Notes: generated by a model not told the origin, from the sequence alone. Numbered from the stretch's first letter, positions 9,184 to 19,962 are shown. The stretch: DNA of 64,000 bases from Verrucomicrobiia bacterium (GCA_963664225.1 OY760937.1:3008001-3072000); one strand, 5' to 3'. Numbers and translations: made by a program.

Positions 9184-11070
9184 TCATCTGACTATGATCA
9201 CCTCAGGCATCGTCACCAGATCGAACACGAAGGCCGAAGAGGTTTCGTGGTGGATATTTTCCCATGGGGCGAGTTCCAGGACCGGGCTCGAATCGGACGT
9301 CTGCATGAGTTGGGCCTCGGGGGCATCCAGTTTCGTAACTGTTGGAAAACGATTGGCCTCAGGCAACTCGATGTGACCTTTACTGGTCGTGCGGGCCACG
9401 ATAACAGGACGGGCCTTGTCCACATTGGCCAGCATCAGGTGCGGCCCGACCCATAGGGTGACGCCTTCCTGGCGGTTGATCTGTCCGGACTTCAAAACCA
9501 CCGGTTGCATCCGGCGATCCTCAATGCGGGGCGCACCGGAGAAAGTCACCGTGGCCTCTCCTTTGGAACTGGCGCGCAGGGCCAGGCGCAGATAGCCGTT
9601 CTCCTCCCGGACCCGAAGCGCGCGGCCCGAGCCGTCCTCAGCGGTCACTTGCGTGGCCCAATAGGGACGCCGCACAAAGAGCTCCGGCAGCTTCTCACTG
9701 TTTTCGGTCGATTCCAGATGAATCCGGCATTGAATTTCGCCCAGGGTGGCTTCGGTGGCATTCACCGCCACCTTCCATTGCCCACGCGCGGTCTGCACCG
9801 GAGCCGTGGCTGTCACAGGGAAGTTGACGAACACGCCTTTGGGACTGCCGACCACAACGTAGCGCTTGAGAGTATCGAGACCCATCAAACCATGGAACGT
9901 GCAGCACCAGACGGCCTCGGTGAATTGCGGTTGCATCAGCATCGGGCCTGTGGCGTCGCAAATAAACTCATGATGGCCGTAACCGCCATTGGCCGTGCGG
10001 TTCATGGCATAGTGGTTGAAGGCGTGTCTCTCCGCCATGTCGAGGAATTGCGTTTGGCCGGTGAGTTCCCATAAACGCAGGTTGAGCCGCAGCCAGTCGG
10101 CCTCGCTGCAACCTTCGTCCCGGAGAAAACTGACCTGGAATTTCTCGCCCACACCGCCCATGGGCCAGACGTAGCCGTTCTCGACGGCCTTGCGCCATTG
10201 GGCAATGGGACGCGCCAGGTATTCAGACTTGCCGGTGACTTCGTAGAGGGCCAGGAGCCCGTAATGGGTCAGGAGATTGCCATGGCTGTGGTCCACCGGC
10301 AGCGTGTCGAACCGCCGGAAAAATTCCGCCATGCGTTCCGCCTGCTGGAGGTAACGTGCTTCGTGCGTCTCTTTATAAAGCAGCACGAGACCTTCGATCG
10401 CGGGGAAGTAGCACGTTGTGTAACCGGCGGCGTAAGTGCCGGTCATGCGATATTCCGCCTCATGCGCGGGATCGAGAAAACGGTTGGTCGTGGCGCAGTA
10501 AAAATCCCCCAGGCGTTTGGCGGCGGTCAGGCACTCCTCATTTCCGAAGGCCCGATACGCCTCGACCAAACCCACCAGCAGGCGCGAGTTTCCCCAAAGT
10601 ATGGGCAGCAGCTTGGCGCTGGAACTCTCCGGCTCCATCGGCATGTTCCAATCGATGTCGCGTCCGAAGTGCCCATCGGCCTTCTGGTATTTGCCGAAAT
10701 CCTTGAGCACCTCGGGCAATGTGGGTGGCGTCATTTTCCCAATCGGCGACACCAGGCTGGCGATCTGCATGAACCGGCCGGAGATATCCCCGCTGTAGTT
10801 GACGAAAACGCGGTTGGTCTCAAACGAGACATCCGAGCGCAGGAAAACCGCGGAATCATACGGAGACTCGCTGAGGCGTTTGATGCCCAGGGTGTAGGCC
10901 GTGCCCAGGGATCCACCCAACTCCACATCCCGCGCTCCGGGCAGTGTCCAGACGGGACCGGAACCGGATCGATTCGGGGCGGAAGACGGCGTGGCGGCAC
11001 TGGCCAGCGACACGGCGCAGACCAGTAATGGCAAGGTGATGCGAATTGGGTTCATACTATTTAAATTCAT
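9184..11070 (-). CDS. Secreted GH127/GH146-like glycoside hydrolase (beta-L-arabinofuranosidase-like)
   Basis: Signal peptide; EGCSEADWLRL and WCCTFHG Cys motifs; GGVGE; ATGA overlap with the upstream gene. Confidence 0.75.
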   Translation of the reverse strand: MNLNSMNPIRITLPLLVCAVSLASAATPSSAPNRSGSGPVWTLPGARDVELGGSLGTAYTLGIKRLSESPYDSAVFLRSDVSFETNRVFVNYSGDISGRFMQIASLVSPIGKMTPPTLPEVLKDFGKYQKADGHFGRDIDWNMPMEPESSSAKLLPILWGNSRLLVGLVEAYRAFGNEECLTAAKRLGDFYCATTNRFLDPAHEAEYRMTGTYAAGYTTCYFPAIEGLVLLYKETHEARYLQQAERMAEFFRRFDTLPVDHSHGNLLTHYGLLALYEVTGKSEYLARPIAQWRKAVENGYVWPMGGVGEKFQVSFLRDEGCSEADWLRLNLRLWELTGQTQFLDMAERHAFNHYAMNRTANGGYGHHEFICDATGPMLMQPQFTEAVWCCTFHGLMGLDTLKRYVVVGSPKGVFVNFPVTATAPVQTARGQWKVAVNATEATLGEIQCRIHLESTENSEKLPELFVRRPYWATQVTAEDGSGRALRVREENGYLRLALRASSKGEATVTFSGAPRIEDRRMQPVVLKSGQINRQEGVTLWVGPHLMLANVDKARPVIVARTTSKGHIELPEANRFPTVTKLDAPEAQLMQTSDSSPVLELAPWENIHHETSSAFVFDLVTMPEVIIVR

Positions 11071-13568
11071 GGTTGAAACAAGCGCTTGAGAACACGCGGA
11101 TCTTCTTTTGCGGACGGATTGATGAGGACCACCGGCTCGCTGGCCAGGGCCCCGGCATAATCCGGAACGCGATCCCCTGTGTCCCGACGCCAGATCAAGT
11201 CGAATTGATATTCCATGATGCCGTGCTCGTCAGCAACAAAGTTGGTGTACCAGAAATTGTTGAAGATCATGGCCAGCAACCGGTTGGGATCGGCTGGCGG
11301 AGATTGGCGCAGGGCCAGCGTGGGCGAACGGCCAAAGGTGACCAGCGGCGCATCGCGGCTCACCCAGAGCCAATGGCCTTCCGGGGTCGTATAGTCGGCC
11401 CAGCCGTCGATGGCGAAATAATCCCGGCAGGTCCCCTGCAACTGGTCTGTGAAGGGCGTGTAGGGCTGGCCGCCGCTGCTGACCACGGGCAGGGTATTCC
11501 CCGTCGGCAGCGGAAAGGCGACGTAAAAGATTTCCGGCGCGGCGGACGAAATCCGGTTCAGGCGCAGTGTGAATCGGGCGCGCGGCGTGTTCTTCCAAAT
11601 CTCCACCACGCGCGTGGCCCATTGAAGCCGCGGATGCCGCAGCGCCTGTGTATAAATGACCGTGTGCGGCGTTTGCTCCACCGTGGCCTGCTCCTCCTCC
11701 GCGCCCACTTCGCCAAGCACCTCGCGACGCAGGCGCTCCCGTTCCTCACCTTGTCGTCCGCGAATGTCCCCCAGCACATGACGCGGCGCGAAGCCCTTGA
11801 CCTGGATGGCCGAGAAATCGCCAAATCCTTCCAGAAAGAGGGATTGTTTCATGCCTGGCCATGAGGCGGAAAGCGGCCATCCATGTGGATTGGTTTTGAT
11901 TTCAGGCGTCGTGGGACTCGATGGTTTTTCCTCCATCGCCTTCGTGCTCAGCCGCAGGTGGCGGACGGAATCCGCCGGGAGTTTCTCCACCCAGAACTTC
12001 GCCACGCGGTTGGGAACGCGGTCCGGGAAGGTGGCTGAAATATCCTCACGGCTCAGGTCCTCAGGTTTTTCGGGGCGGCCCCATTGAACGCCCGGCTCAA
12101 AATACAGCTTCATTCGCGCCCCCGTCTGCGGATCCTCAACGGACTGGTAGTTATCGCGCAGACTGGTGGCGATTACCCGCACCCAACCGCTGAACGGCGC
12201 TTTGGCCGGATTGGCGACAAATATACCTTCGCCTTCATTGGCGAGCCGCGTGTGCGCGCGCTGGGACAACAACCATTCGGCTTTGGCCATGGGCCGATAA
12301 GCCAGCAGGCTCTTTTCCGTGAACTGCGCCTGCGTATCCAGACTGTAGGGCTTGGCCACGCTGAGACTGGAACCCCAGGTGTGCTCGTCGAAGAGGCAAA
12401 GATCGCGATACAGCGAATTCATGGTTTCCAGGGCGCGCGGATCCGAGGGCCCCCAAACGGGCGACTGCGCGGCGGCCAGATAACGCTTGGCCGCGCGGCT
12501 GGCGGCCACTTCGCGAGGCGCGGACCCGGTGCCGTTGGCCCACCAGTCGGTCCATTCACCGGTGTGCTCCGGTGCGGTCGGTCCCATGGCCTTTTCCATG
12601 CGCGTCATGGCGTCGGCCGCCGTGGTGAGTCGCAGGATGGGCTGGAGCTTCAGCCGGTTCCATTCCGCAACGAAATCGGCCAGCGGAGGAAACGGGGGAT
12701 CGTTGTCGAAACGCCATTGGCTGGTGATGGAAATGGTTAACAGATCGTGCTTGTAGCCGGACTTCTCCAATTGACTCAACCGTTCCAGGCAGAGCTTATG
12801 CGCCGCGCGCACGGAGGCCTCGTCGCTGCCGAGGATGTCCCCAGCCCGAGGCGGACGGAACGCGGTATCCGAGGCGCGGGGCACAGGTCCGCGACGCCAC
12901 TCGCCCGGCTCGAAGAAATCAAAGCCGGACCCGTAGCCGATGTTCAGCCAGACGAAGAGGCGGCGGCCATCGGGCATTTTCCACCAGAAGGCTGAGGGAC
13001 GCTGGAACGGCACCCCGCCGCTGTCCTCGTTGATGCCGGTGAAGAGCTGATGCACCCCGCGATCCAGCAACGCCAGCGCGGCGGCGCGGGGCACGCCGTT
13101 GACGTCGTTCTGGATGGCCACCGTGGGACGGACATTCCGCCACAATTCTTCCGGCAGCCAGTGGACCATCGTCTGCCACTGGTCGGCGTTCATGAAGGGC
13201 GTGTTATTGCAGGCCAGCGCGGAGACCTCCAACTGACCGGCGCGAACGGCCTTGAGAAATTGTTTTCGGCGTTCCGGCGTCGCCGCCTGCCACCAATCGT
13301 TCACGGCCAGCGTGGATTCCGCCGTCCAGTAAAAGCGTTTCGCGGCCGGGCCTTTCATCGAGTCCAGAATGGCGTCCACCGCGATGTCGAGATACCGCCG
13401 GTAAAGCTCGCGACACACACTGGGACTGTCCGTGAAACCCACATCGGTGTGTGAGAAATGAACCAGGTTGATTTCCTTGATGACTGGTTTGGATACAGGC
13501 GGCGCATCGGCGGCCGTGGCCACCAGGGCCGTGAACGCGAACAGTGGCAATAAGGATTTTAATCGCAT
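11067..13568 (-). CDS. Secreted glycoside hydrolase with GH38-like N-terminal domain
   Basis: Signal peptide; HFSHTDVGF metal motif, QNDVNG, WKMPDG, FDEHTWG, NNFWYTNF. Confidence 0.7.
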   Translation of the reverse strand: MRLKSLLPLFAFTALVATAADAPPVSKPVIKEINLVHFSHTDVGFTDSPSVCRELYRRYLDIAVDAILDSMKGPAAKRFYWTAESTLAVNDWWQAATPERRKQFLKAVRAGQLEVSALACNNTPFMNADQWQTMVHWLPEELWRNVRPTVAIQNDVNGVPRAAALALLDRGVHQLFTGINEDSGGVPFQRPSAFWWKMPDGRRLFVWLNIGYGSGFDFFEPGEWRRGPVPRASDTAFRPPRAGDILGSDEASVRAAHKLCLERLSQLEKSGYKHDLLTISITSQWRFDNDPPFPPLADFVAEWNRLKLQPILRLTTAADAMTRMEKAMGPTAPEHTGEWTDWWANGTGSAPREVAASRAAKRYLAAAQSPVWGPSDPRALETMNSLYRDLCLFDEHTWGSSLSVAKPYSLDTQAQFTEKSLLAYRPMAKAEWLLSQRAHTRLANEGEGIFVANPAKAPFSGWVRVIATSLRDNYQSVEDPQTGARMKLYFEPGVQWGRPEKPEDLSREDISATFPDRVPNRVAKFWVEKLPADSVRHLRLSTKAMEEKPSSPTTPEIKTNPHGWPLSASWPGMKQSLFLEGFGDFSAIQVKGFAPRHVLGDIRGRQGEERERLRREVLGEVGAEEEQATVEQTPHTVIYTQALRHPRLQWATRVVEIWKNTPRARFTLRLNRISSAAPEIFYVAFPLPTGNTLPVVSSGGQPYTPFTDQLQGTCRDYFAIDGWADYTTPEGHWLWVSRDAPLVTFGRSPTLALRQSPPADPNRLLAMIFNNFWYTNFVADEHGIMEYQFDLIWRRDTGDRVPDYAGALASEPVVLINPSAKEDPRVLKRLFQP

Positions 13569-13570
13569 AA

Positions 13571-14530
13571 TCAGTCAGGGTTTTTCGGTTGAAGGGTGAA
13601 GAGTCGATTTTCGTTCGAGATTGCGTTTCGGGGTGGAGCAAAACCGGCAAGTATGATCGCGCCGAGAATCAGCAGTCCGCCGAGCAACGTCCGCAGGGGA
13701 GGGACCTCGTGGAGAACCATCCATGCCAGGGAAATACCATACAGCGGCTCCAAACCAGTGAGAACGCTGGCCACCTGGGCGCGAACGGTGGCCAATCCCC
13801 GGATGAACAGCACATGCCCGCATGCGGTGCACAGCAGGCCAAGGACGATCAGTAGCATGGCATCGCGGAGAGTCATGTGGATCCCGCTCCCGCAGACGAA
13901 GGGCAGTAGCAGCACGGTGGCCACCGCGTTTTGCCCGGCGCCCAGTTCCACCATTTCAACCATGGCCAGCGCCGGGATCCCTCGCACGTATTTGCGGTTT
14001 AGTATGGAGAGGATGGCGAAGGTCAGGCCCGATGCAGTGCCCCAGACGACTCCCTGGGTCGGGTGCTGACTCAGGTCGAAATTGGGCGCCACCAACACCA
14101 GTCCCGCAATGACCAGCAGGCAGGTCATAAGATCGAATGCCTGGAGCCGTTCACGAAAGGCAACCGGTTCAAGAATCGTTACAAACAGTGGAAACGAGGA
14201 AAAACTGATCAGGCCGATGGCCACCGTCGAGACCTGGATGGACTTGAAAAATGTCAGCCAGTGAACGGCCAGCACCGATCCCGTCACGGCAAAGAAAAAC
14301 CAATGCGGCGATTTCAGCGGCCGCGATGAATTTCGAATCCACAGCAATGACCCCAAAGCCAGGGCGGCCAGCAGCGCACGGCTGAAAACGATGACAGGCG
14401 GCGGGAGGGTGAGCATTTTTCCAAGCAACCCCGCCAGGCCAAAAAGAAAGACCGCAACATGGATGGACGCCAGTCCGCCGGGGACACTCTTCCTGGCTCC
14501 GACTGAAACCGACAGGTGAGCCTCATTCAT
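13571..14530 (-). CDS. DMT/EamA family transporter
   Basis: About 10 hydrophobic helices, HWLTFFKSIQVSTVAIG, LEPLYG; start at 14530 behind GGAGG. Confidence 0.88.
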   Translation of the reverse strand: MNEAHLSVSVGARKSVPGGLASIHVAVFLFGLAGLLGKMLTLPPPVIVFSRALLAALALGSLLWIRNSSRPLKSPHWFFFAVTGSVLAVHWLTFFKSIQVSTVAIGLISFSSFPLFVTILEPVAFRERLQAFDLMTCLLVIAGLVLVAPNFDLSQHPTQGVVWGTASGLTFAILSILNRKYVRGIPALAMVEMVELGAGQNAVATVLLLPFVCGSGIHMTLRDAMLLIVLGLLCTACGHVLFIRGLATVRAQVASVLTGLEPLYGISLAWMVLHEVPPLRTLLGGLLILGAIILAGFAPPRNAISNENRLFTLQPKNPD

Positions 14531-14600
14531 CCGGCCTCCATGGATGTTCGAATGCGCAGCATGGAGGCTGCGATCGCCCGCGGGATGGAAGCGCGTCCAC

Positions 14601-14741
14601 TCATTCCACCGCGCCGCCGTGAACCCCATGGAGGCGAGTCCAGACGTTGTATTTTTTTTGCGAGCAGGGCATCCATTCCATGTCGTGGAGATTGCCATCC
14701 CACAGTAGGATGTCCACAATTTCCGTATTTTCCATGGTCAT
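14601..14741 (-). pseudogene. Decayed N-terminal fragment of a single-domain response regulator
   Basis: ATG overlaps the kinase TGA; MTMENTEIVDILLWDGNLHDMEW..KKYNV..RLHGVHGGAVE* parallels the receiver consensus ILLVEDN..D.EL....KK.N...IHVV.DG.EALD, then stops. Confidence 0.6.
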
Positions 14742-17011
14742 TCCGCCGCCTGCAGGCTCAGAAAGAACGTGGCGCCCTTGTCCGGCTCCGCCTGGGCCCA
14801 CACGCGTCCGCCGTGGAGTTGGACAATGCGCTGGACAATGGCCAGTCCCACTCCCGTGCCCTCAAATTCGCGATCGCTGTGCAAACGGTTAAACACACTG
14901 AAGAGTTTCGTGGCGTGCCGCATGTCGAACCCCACGCCGTTGTCCCGGACGTAATACACGATTTGCGATGGGTCGATGGGCGGTGCTGGTTGCTTGGGCG
15001 CTTCCACGGATGCCCAGGCGGGATCGACACCCGCCGCGATAGCGGGCCGCGCGCTGTATTCGGCCATCGTCATGGACCCAACCTCGATCACCGCGCGTTC
15101 TTTTTTCGAGGAATACTTGATGGCATTGCCGAGCAGGTTCACCCAAACCTGGCGCATCAGTATCGGATCTCCAAGGGCCTGGGGCAGGGCGCCCACACGG
15201 AAATCGATTCGCTGCCGCCCATCCGGCGTGGTCAATTCCAGGAACAATGAATTCACCAGACTCGCCATGTTCAAGGAGGAGGGATGCAACGCCGCCCGAC
15301 CGATGCGCGAGAAGGTCAGCAGATCATCGATCAAGCGGCTCATGTTCCGGGTGTTGTCACCAATGACCGCGCAAATGCGCCTCCCCTCGTCGTCCAGATT
15401 CGGACCGTAGCTCTCCTGCAGGATGTGCGCAAAGCCGTTAATGGCGCGCAGCGGCGCGCGCAGATCGTGGGAAACCGAGTAGGTGAAGGATTCGAGATCC
15501 TTGTTCGCGGCTTCGAGCTGCGCCGTGCGCTCCAGAACGCGCACCTCCAGGCCCGCGTTGAGCTCCCGGATCGTCTCCTCCGCGTGTTTGAGTTCCGTGA
15601 CATCCGCGCCCACGCTGAATATCTCGGAGACCTGGCCCTGGGCGTCCCACACGATCCGGTTTGTCCAGGCGATCCAGACCCGCTCCCCGTTGTGTCGGAT
15701 GTTTTCATTCACGTTCTGTTCGAAGGCCACCGGATCGGCGCAAATTTGTTCCATGAGACCGCGCATGTCGCGGCCATTGCTGTCCGTGGCCGGAACGATG
15801 GTGCCCATGACATGGCGGCCGATGATCTCCTCGGCCGAATATCCGAAAAACTCCAGGCCAAACTTGTTCAGGAAGTTGATTTTCCCATCCGAACTCCAAC
15901 GGAGAATAATGCTGTTGGCCTGCTCCACCAGCTCGCGGTATTTCCGCTCGCTATCGAGCAACGCCTGCTCCGTGAGCTTTTGGTCGGTCACGTCCCGAAG
16001 CACTTCAATGGCACCGCAGCGGCGACCCTCGGCATCGAACAGCGGCGCCGCCACACCCCAGATATGAGCCCCCCGGCCACCCCGCAGGAGGGGTAGGAAG
16101 TCCTCCGCAAAAACCCTGTCGCCGATCTTCCAGACGCGCTTGTAAAGCGCCTCCGCCTCGCGCGATGGCTGGTCCAGCAGATCCACCAGAACCGGCCTGC
16201 GTTTCCCGAAAAAAGGCTCGGCATAGGCGTAATCCCCCCTTCCCAGCACCGCCTCCTTCATCACGCCCGTCATGACCTCGCAGGCCCGGTTCCACGCCAC
16301 AATCCGTTTGTCGTGGTCGATGACAAATGTGGCGTCCGGCAGAAACTCGATGATGCTCGTGAGTTGCCGATTCGCCAGCAGTAACGCCTCGTCGGCCTGC
16401 TTGCGCGCAGTGACATCCGTGACCACGCCGTCCCAGACCACCTGGCCGTCGGGCTTCAAGCGCGGACGCGAGCGTATCTGCATCCAGCGCCACACTCCAT
16501 CCACCCGCTGCATCCGCACCTCCATTTCGAAGTCAGTCATTTTGGCAAGGCTGCTCGCCTCGACGACCCGTAGCGTATTGAAATGCTCCGGTGCGATCTG
16601 CCGATGCAGCACGCCTGGGTCCCTCAACGCATCGGCCACCTTCACCCCATGCAGCCTCTCCACCCCCGCGCTCAGATAGACAAAGCGTGACGCGCCGTTG
16701 GGATCGTGGAGATACTGGTAAACGTAGCTGTCGGGAAGGTTGTCCCCAAGCAAACGCAGCCGTTCCTCGCTTTCGCGCAATGCGTTTTGGGCCTTCTCGC
16801 GCGCCATCAATTCCATCCGCAGCAGGGAGGTCAGCAGCGCCGCAGTCACAATCACAAACGCCAGGCCTTTGTAAATCGACCAGAGTGTGCGGGTGTCCGG
16901 ATCGGTCACCAACACCGCCAGCAGACGGTCCGAGAGGAGAATCCACAGCCCGGCAAACACAACGTAAGGCAGGACTATCCGCACGATCCCTTGATTAACA
17001 GCATTCTTCAT
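14738..17011 (-). CDS. Membrane-anchored multi-PAS sensor histidine kinase
   Basis: Two N-terminal TM helices, three PAS/PAC blocks, SFTYSVSHDLRAPLR H-box, NLLGNAIKY, DNGVGF, GTGVGLA. Confidence 0.93.
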   Translation of the reverse strand: MKNAVNQGIVRIVLPYVVFAGLWILLSDRLLAVLVTDPDTRTLWSIYKGLAFVIVTAALLTSLLRMELMAREKAQNALRESEERLRLLGDNLPDSYVYQYLHDPNGASRFVYLSAGVERLHGVKVADALRDPGVLHRQIAPEHFNTLRVVEASSLAKMTDFEMEVRMQRVDGVWRWMQIRSRPRLKPDGQVVWDGVVTDVTARKQADEALLLANRQLTSIIEFLPDATFVIDHDKRIVAWNRACEVMTGVMKEAVLGRGDYAYAEPFFGKRRPVLVDLLDQPSREAEALYKRVWKIGDRVFAEDFLPLLRGGRGAHIWGVAAPLFDAEGRRCGAIEVLRDVTDQKLTEQALLDSERKYRELVEQANSIILRWSSDGKINFLNKFGLEFFGYSAEEIIGRHVMGTIVPATDSNGRDMRGLMEQICADPVAFEQNVNENIRHNGERVWIAWTNRIVWDAQGQVSEIFSVGADVTELKHAEETIRELNAGLEVRVLERTAQLEAANKDLESFTYSVSHDLRAPLRAINGFAHILQESYGPNLDDEGRRICAVIGDNTRNMSRLIDDLLTFSRIGRAALHPSSLNMASLVNSLFLELTTPDGRQRIDFRVGALPQALGDPILMRQVWVNLLGNAIKYSSKKERAVIEVGSMTMAEYSARPAIAAGVDPAWASVEAPKQPAPPIDPSQIVYYVRDNGVGFDMRHATKLFSVFNRLHSDREFEGTGVGLAIVQRIVQLHGGRVWAQAEPDKGATFFLSLQAAE

Positions 17012-17407
17012 GGCGAATATGCGTTGGCGTTTCTCGCTGGTCATTGCCGCAGGAACGAAATGCGGCGGGCACTGCGACAGACCCACCCGGCTTTAGCCCA
17101 TGTCCAAACACCAGCTTGGAAATTGGTTACAAGCCCGAGTATAATTCCGAATGGCTGCTAACACAAGGTTCGAAAGAGGGTTCGAAACCTCACACAGTTC
17201 CGCTCACCTTCTTACCGCGTCCAAATTTATTTCCCCACCCCAACTCATCCGTGGTTGGTAATCCTGTCCATCCTGACTATCCATGTGAATAACCCACAAT
17301 GCTCTTGCCTCTTTGCCCTTTCCCGGCCTTGATGGGCCCATTGCCTTAGGTTGGTTGGCGGTGGACCGCGAAGAATGGATGGCCCGTCACGTTTACGGAG
17401 AGTGATT

Positions 17408-19882
17408 ATGAAAACATTGATGCGAATTTCAGTTGGCCTGTCCTTGCTGGTCTTGCTGGCCGCGCGGGCCGCTGCCGGTGAGGTCGCGCCCCGGCATCTG
17501 ACGCCCATTCCCATTCAACAGGTGACCGTTGACGATGATTTCTGGTCGCCGAAGCGGAAGGTCTGGCGGGAGGTGACCATTTTCGATGCCCTCGACAAGT
17601 TTGAAAAGGATGGGGCCATTCGCAACTACGATCGGATTCGCGATGGCGCCAGGGACGGCCATGAAGGACCGCCTTTTCTGGACGGCCTGCTCTGCGAGAC
17701 CATCCGGGGCGCGTCCGATTTTCTCCTTTCCAATCCAAACCAAAACCCCACCCTGGAGAAACGCCTCGATGGTTACATCGATCACATCGCCGCCGCGCAG
17801 GCCAGGGATCCGGAGGGCTACATCAATACCTACACGCAATTGGCGGAGCCGGGGCATCGTTGGGGACTCCATGGCGGCAACGATGTGGTTTCACACGATG
17901 TCTATAATGCCGGCTGCTTGATCGAGGCTGGCGTTCATTACTACCAGGCTACCGGCAAGACCAAGCTGCTCAGTGTGGCGGCGCGCCTGGCGAATCACAT
18001 GTGCGACGTGATGGGGCCGCCGCCCAAAAACAACGTCGTTCCCGGACATGCGATCTCGGAAGAGGCCGCCACAAAATTATACCTCCTCTTTCACAGCCAA
18101 CCGGCGCTCAAGGGAAAAATGCCGTTTGCCGTCCAGGAAGACCGCTATCTGAAACTCGCCTCATTCTGGATCGAGAATCGCGGCAATCACAAGGATCGGC
18201 AGGATTTCGGAAAATTCGCCGGGGCCTACGATCAGGACCACATGCCCGTGCTCGAGCAGCCCAGCATCGAGGGACATGCCGTGCGGGCCACGCTGATGTG
18301 CGCCGGTCTGAGCGCCCTGGCAGGCGTCAATGATCGGGAGGATTATCGCCAGGCCTCCGAACGGCTTTGGCAGAGTCTGACCGGGCGCAAAATGTACATC
18401 ACGGGCGGAGCGGGCGCCACGGCCGAGTATGAGGCGTTTGCGCCCGACTTTGTGTTGCCCAATGACGGCTACCTCGAGACCTGCGCAGCGGTCGGCGCCG
18501 CATTTTTCAGCCGCAACATGAATCTGGTTTGCGCCGATGCCCGGTATGCAGACGAAATGGAGCGCGTCCTTTACAACGGCGCCCTGTGCGCGGTCAGCGT
18601 GAAAGGCAACACCTACTACTATCAGAATCCGCTCGATGTGAAGAAACCGCTCGAGCGCTGGTCATGGCATGGCTGCCCCTGTTGCCCGCCCATGTTTTTG
18701 AAGATCATGGGCGCAATGCCGGGCTACATCTATGCGCAGGATCCATCCGGCCTCTATGTGAATCTGTTCGTCGGCAGCCGTGCGCAAGCACAACTACCCG
18801 GCGGCAAAGTGGTGCTCCGGCAGACAACCCGCTACCCCTGGCAGGGTGAGGTGAAAATTGTAGTCGAACCCGAGAAAAGCACCGCATTCGATCTCCATAT
18901 CCGCATCCCAGCCTGGTGCCAGGGCAAATCGTCAACGGACGACCTCTACCAAATCGCCGGCCGTCCGGAACACGGTGGGGCGCTGTTCAAGATCAATGGC
19001 AAAACGATTGAGAATCCAGAAATCGTTCGCGGTTATGCCCGGTTCAATCGCAAGTGGAAGTCTGGCGACACGGTTGAGTTGACCATGGACATGCCGGTGC
19101 GCCGTGTGAAAGCCAACCCCAGGGTCGAGGCCGATATCGATCGCGTGGCCTTGATGCGCGGGCCCATTGTGTATTGCGTGGAGGGCATCGATAACCCCGA
19201 TGGCATGCGCAACCTGTTTCTCTCCAAGGAAGCGGTATTCACGGCGGAACATCGTGATGACCTCCTGGGGGGAGTCACCTTGGTGCGAGGAACCGTTCAA
19301 GGGGCCTATCGAAACACCGATGGCCGCGTGGAAACAAAGTCCGCGGAAATGGTCGCCATCCCTTACTATGTCAATTCCAACCGCAAACCTTCCCAAATGA
19401 TGGTGTGGTTGCCGGAAACACCGGGGCTGGCTCAACCCCAACCCGTGCCAACCATCGCCAGTCGCGCCCGGCCCTTGGCCTCGCATTGTTGGCCCGCGGA
19501 CAGCCTGGCCGGCATGAACGATCAGATCGAGCCCTCGGCTTCAGACGATACCCGGATTCCGCGCTTCACCTGGTGGGATCACCGGGGCACAAAGGAATGG
19601 GTGCAGTATGACTTCGACAGGCCGCAAAAGGTCTCCGCCGTGGACGTGTATTGGTGGGACGAGCGGCGCATCCAGGCGCACTGCCGCGTGCCGCAATCCT
19701 GGCAATTGCTTTACAAGGACGGCGACCAGTGGAAACCGGTTTCCGGCGCAACCGAATACGGCCTTAAAATGGACCAGTATAATCACGTCCGATTCGCTCC
19801 GGTCACCTCCACCAGCCTGCGCATCGAGGTCCAACTCCAGCCCGATTGGTCCGGCGGCATCCTCGAATGGCGCGTCGAGTAA
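17408..19882 (+). CDS. Secreted GH127 beta-L-arabinofuranosidase-like protein with C-terminal discoidin/F5-8C-like domain
   Basis: Signal peptide; GHAVRA, YITGG, ETCAAVG, CPCCPPM, ALMRGPIVYCVE; C-term EWVQYDF...GGILEWRV. Confidence 0.9.
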   Translation: MKTLMRISVGLSLLVLLAARAAAGEVAPRHLTPIPIQQVTVDDDFWSPKRKVWREVTIFDALDKFEKDGAIRNYDRIRDGARDGHEGPPFLDGLLCETIRGASDFLLSNPNQNPTLEKRLDGYIDHIAAAQARDPEGYINTYTQLAEPGHRWGLHGGNDVVSHDVYNAGCLIEAGVHYYQATGKTKLLSVAARLANHMCDVMGPPPKNNVVPGHAISEEAATKLYLLFHSQPALKGKMPFAVQEDRYLKLASFWIENRGNHKDRQDFGKFAGAYDQDHMPVLEQPSIEGHAVRATLMCAGLSALAGVNDREDYRQASERLWQSLTGRKMYITGGAGATAEYEAFAPDFVLPNDGYLETCAAVGAAFFSRNMNLVCADARYADEMERVLYNGALCAVSVKGNTYYYQNPLDVKKPLERWSWHGCPCCPPMFLKIMGAMPGYIYAQDPSGLYVNLFVGSRAQAQLPGGKVVLRQTTRYPWQGEVKIVVEPEKSTAFDLHIRIPAWCQGKSSTDDLYQIAGRPEHGGALFKINGKTIENPEIVRGYARFNRKWKSGDTVELTMDMPVRRVKANPRVEADIDRVALMRGPIVYCVEGIDNPDGMRNLFLSKEAVFTAEHRDDLLGGVTLVRGTVQGAYRNTDGRVETKSAEMVAIPYYVNSNRKPSQMMVWLPETPGLAQPQPVPTIASRARPLASHCWPADSLAGMNDQIEPSASDDTRIPRFTWWDHRGTKEWVQYDFDRPQKVSAVDVYWWDERRIQAHCRVPQSWQLLYKDGDQWKPVSGATEYGLKMDQYNHVRFAPVTSTSLRIEVQLQPDWSGGILEWRVE

Positions 19883-19913
19883 GCATAAATAAAGCCAGAA
19901 ACTGGAATTTATT

Positions 19914-19962
19914 TGCGCACATGTTGCGCACCGACGATTTACAGGTGAGCAAAATTTGCGCA
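19914..19962. promoter_or_regulatory. Pair of dyad sites, candidate upstream activator sequences for an NtrC-family activator
   Basis: TGCGCACATGTTGCGCA (19914-19930) and TGAGCAAAATTTGCGCA (19946-19962), 32 bp apart, 120-170 bp upstream of a sigma-54 site. Confidence 0.65.

Noticed and set aside
8420..9191. Short ORFs within the REP array
   Set aside because: They are translations of the repeats in several frames with no coding signal.
17167..17190. tRNA suggested by two GGTTCGAA motifs
   Set aside because: No cloverleaf, acceptor stem or CCA; it is only a short local repeat.
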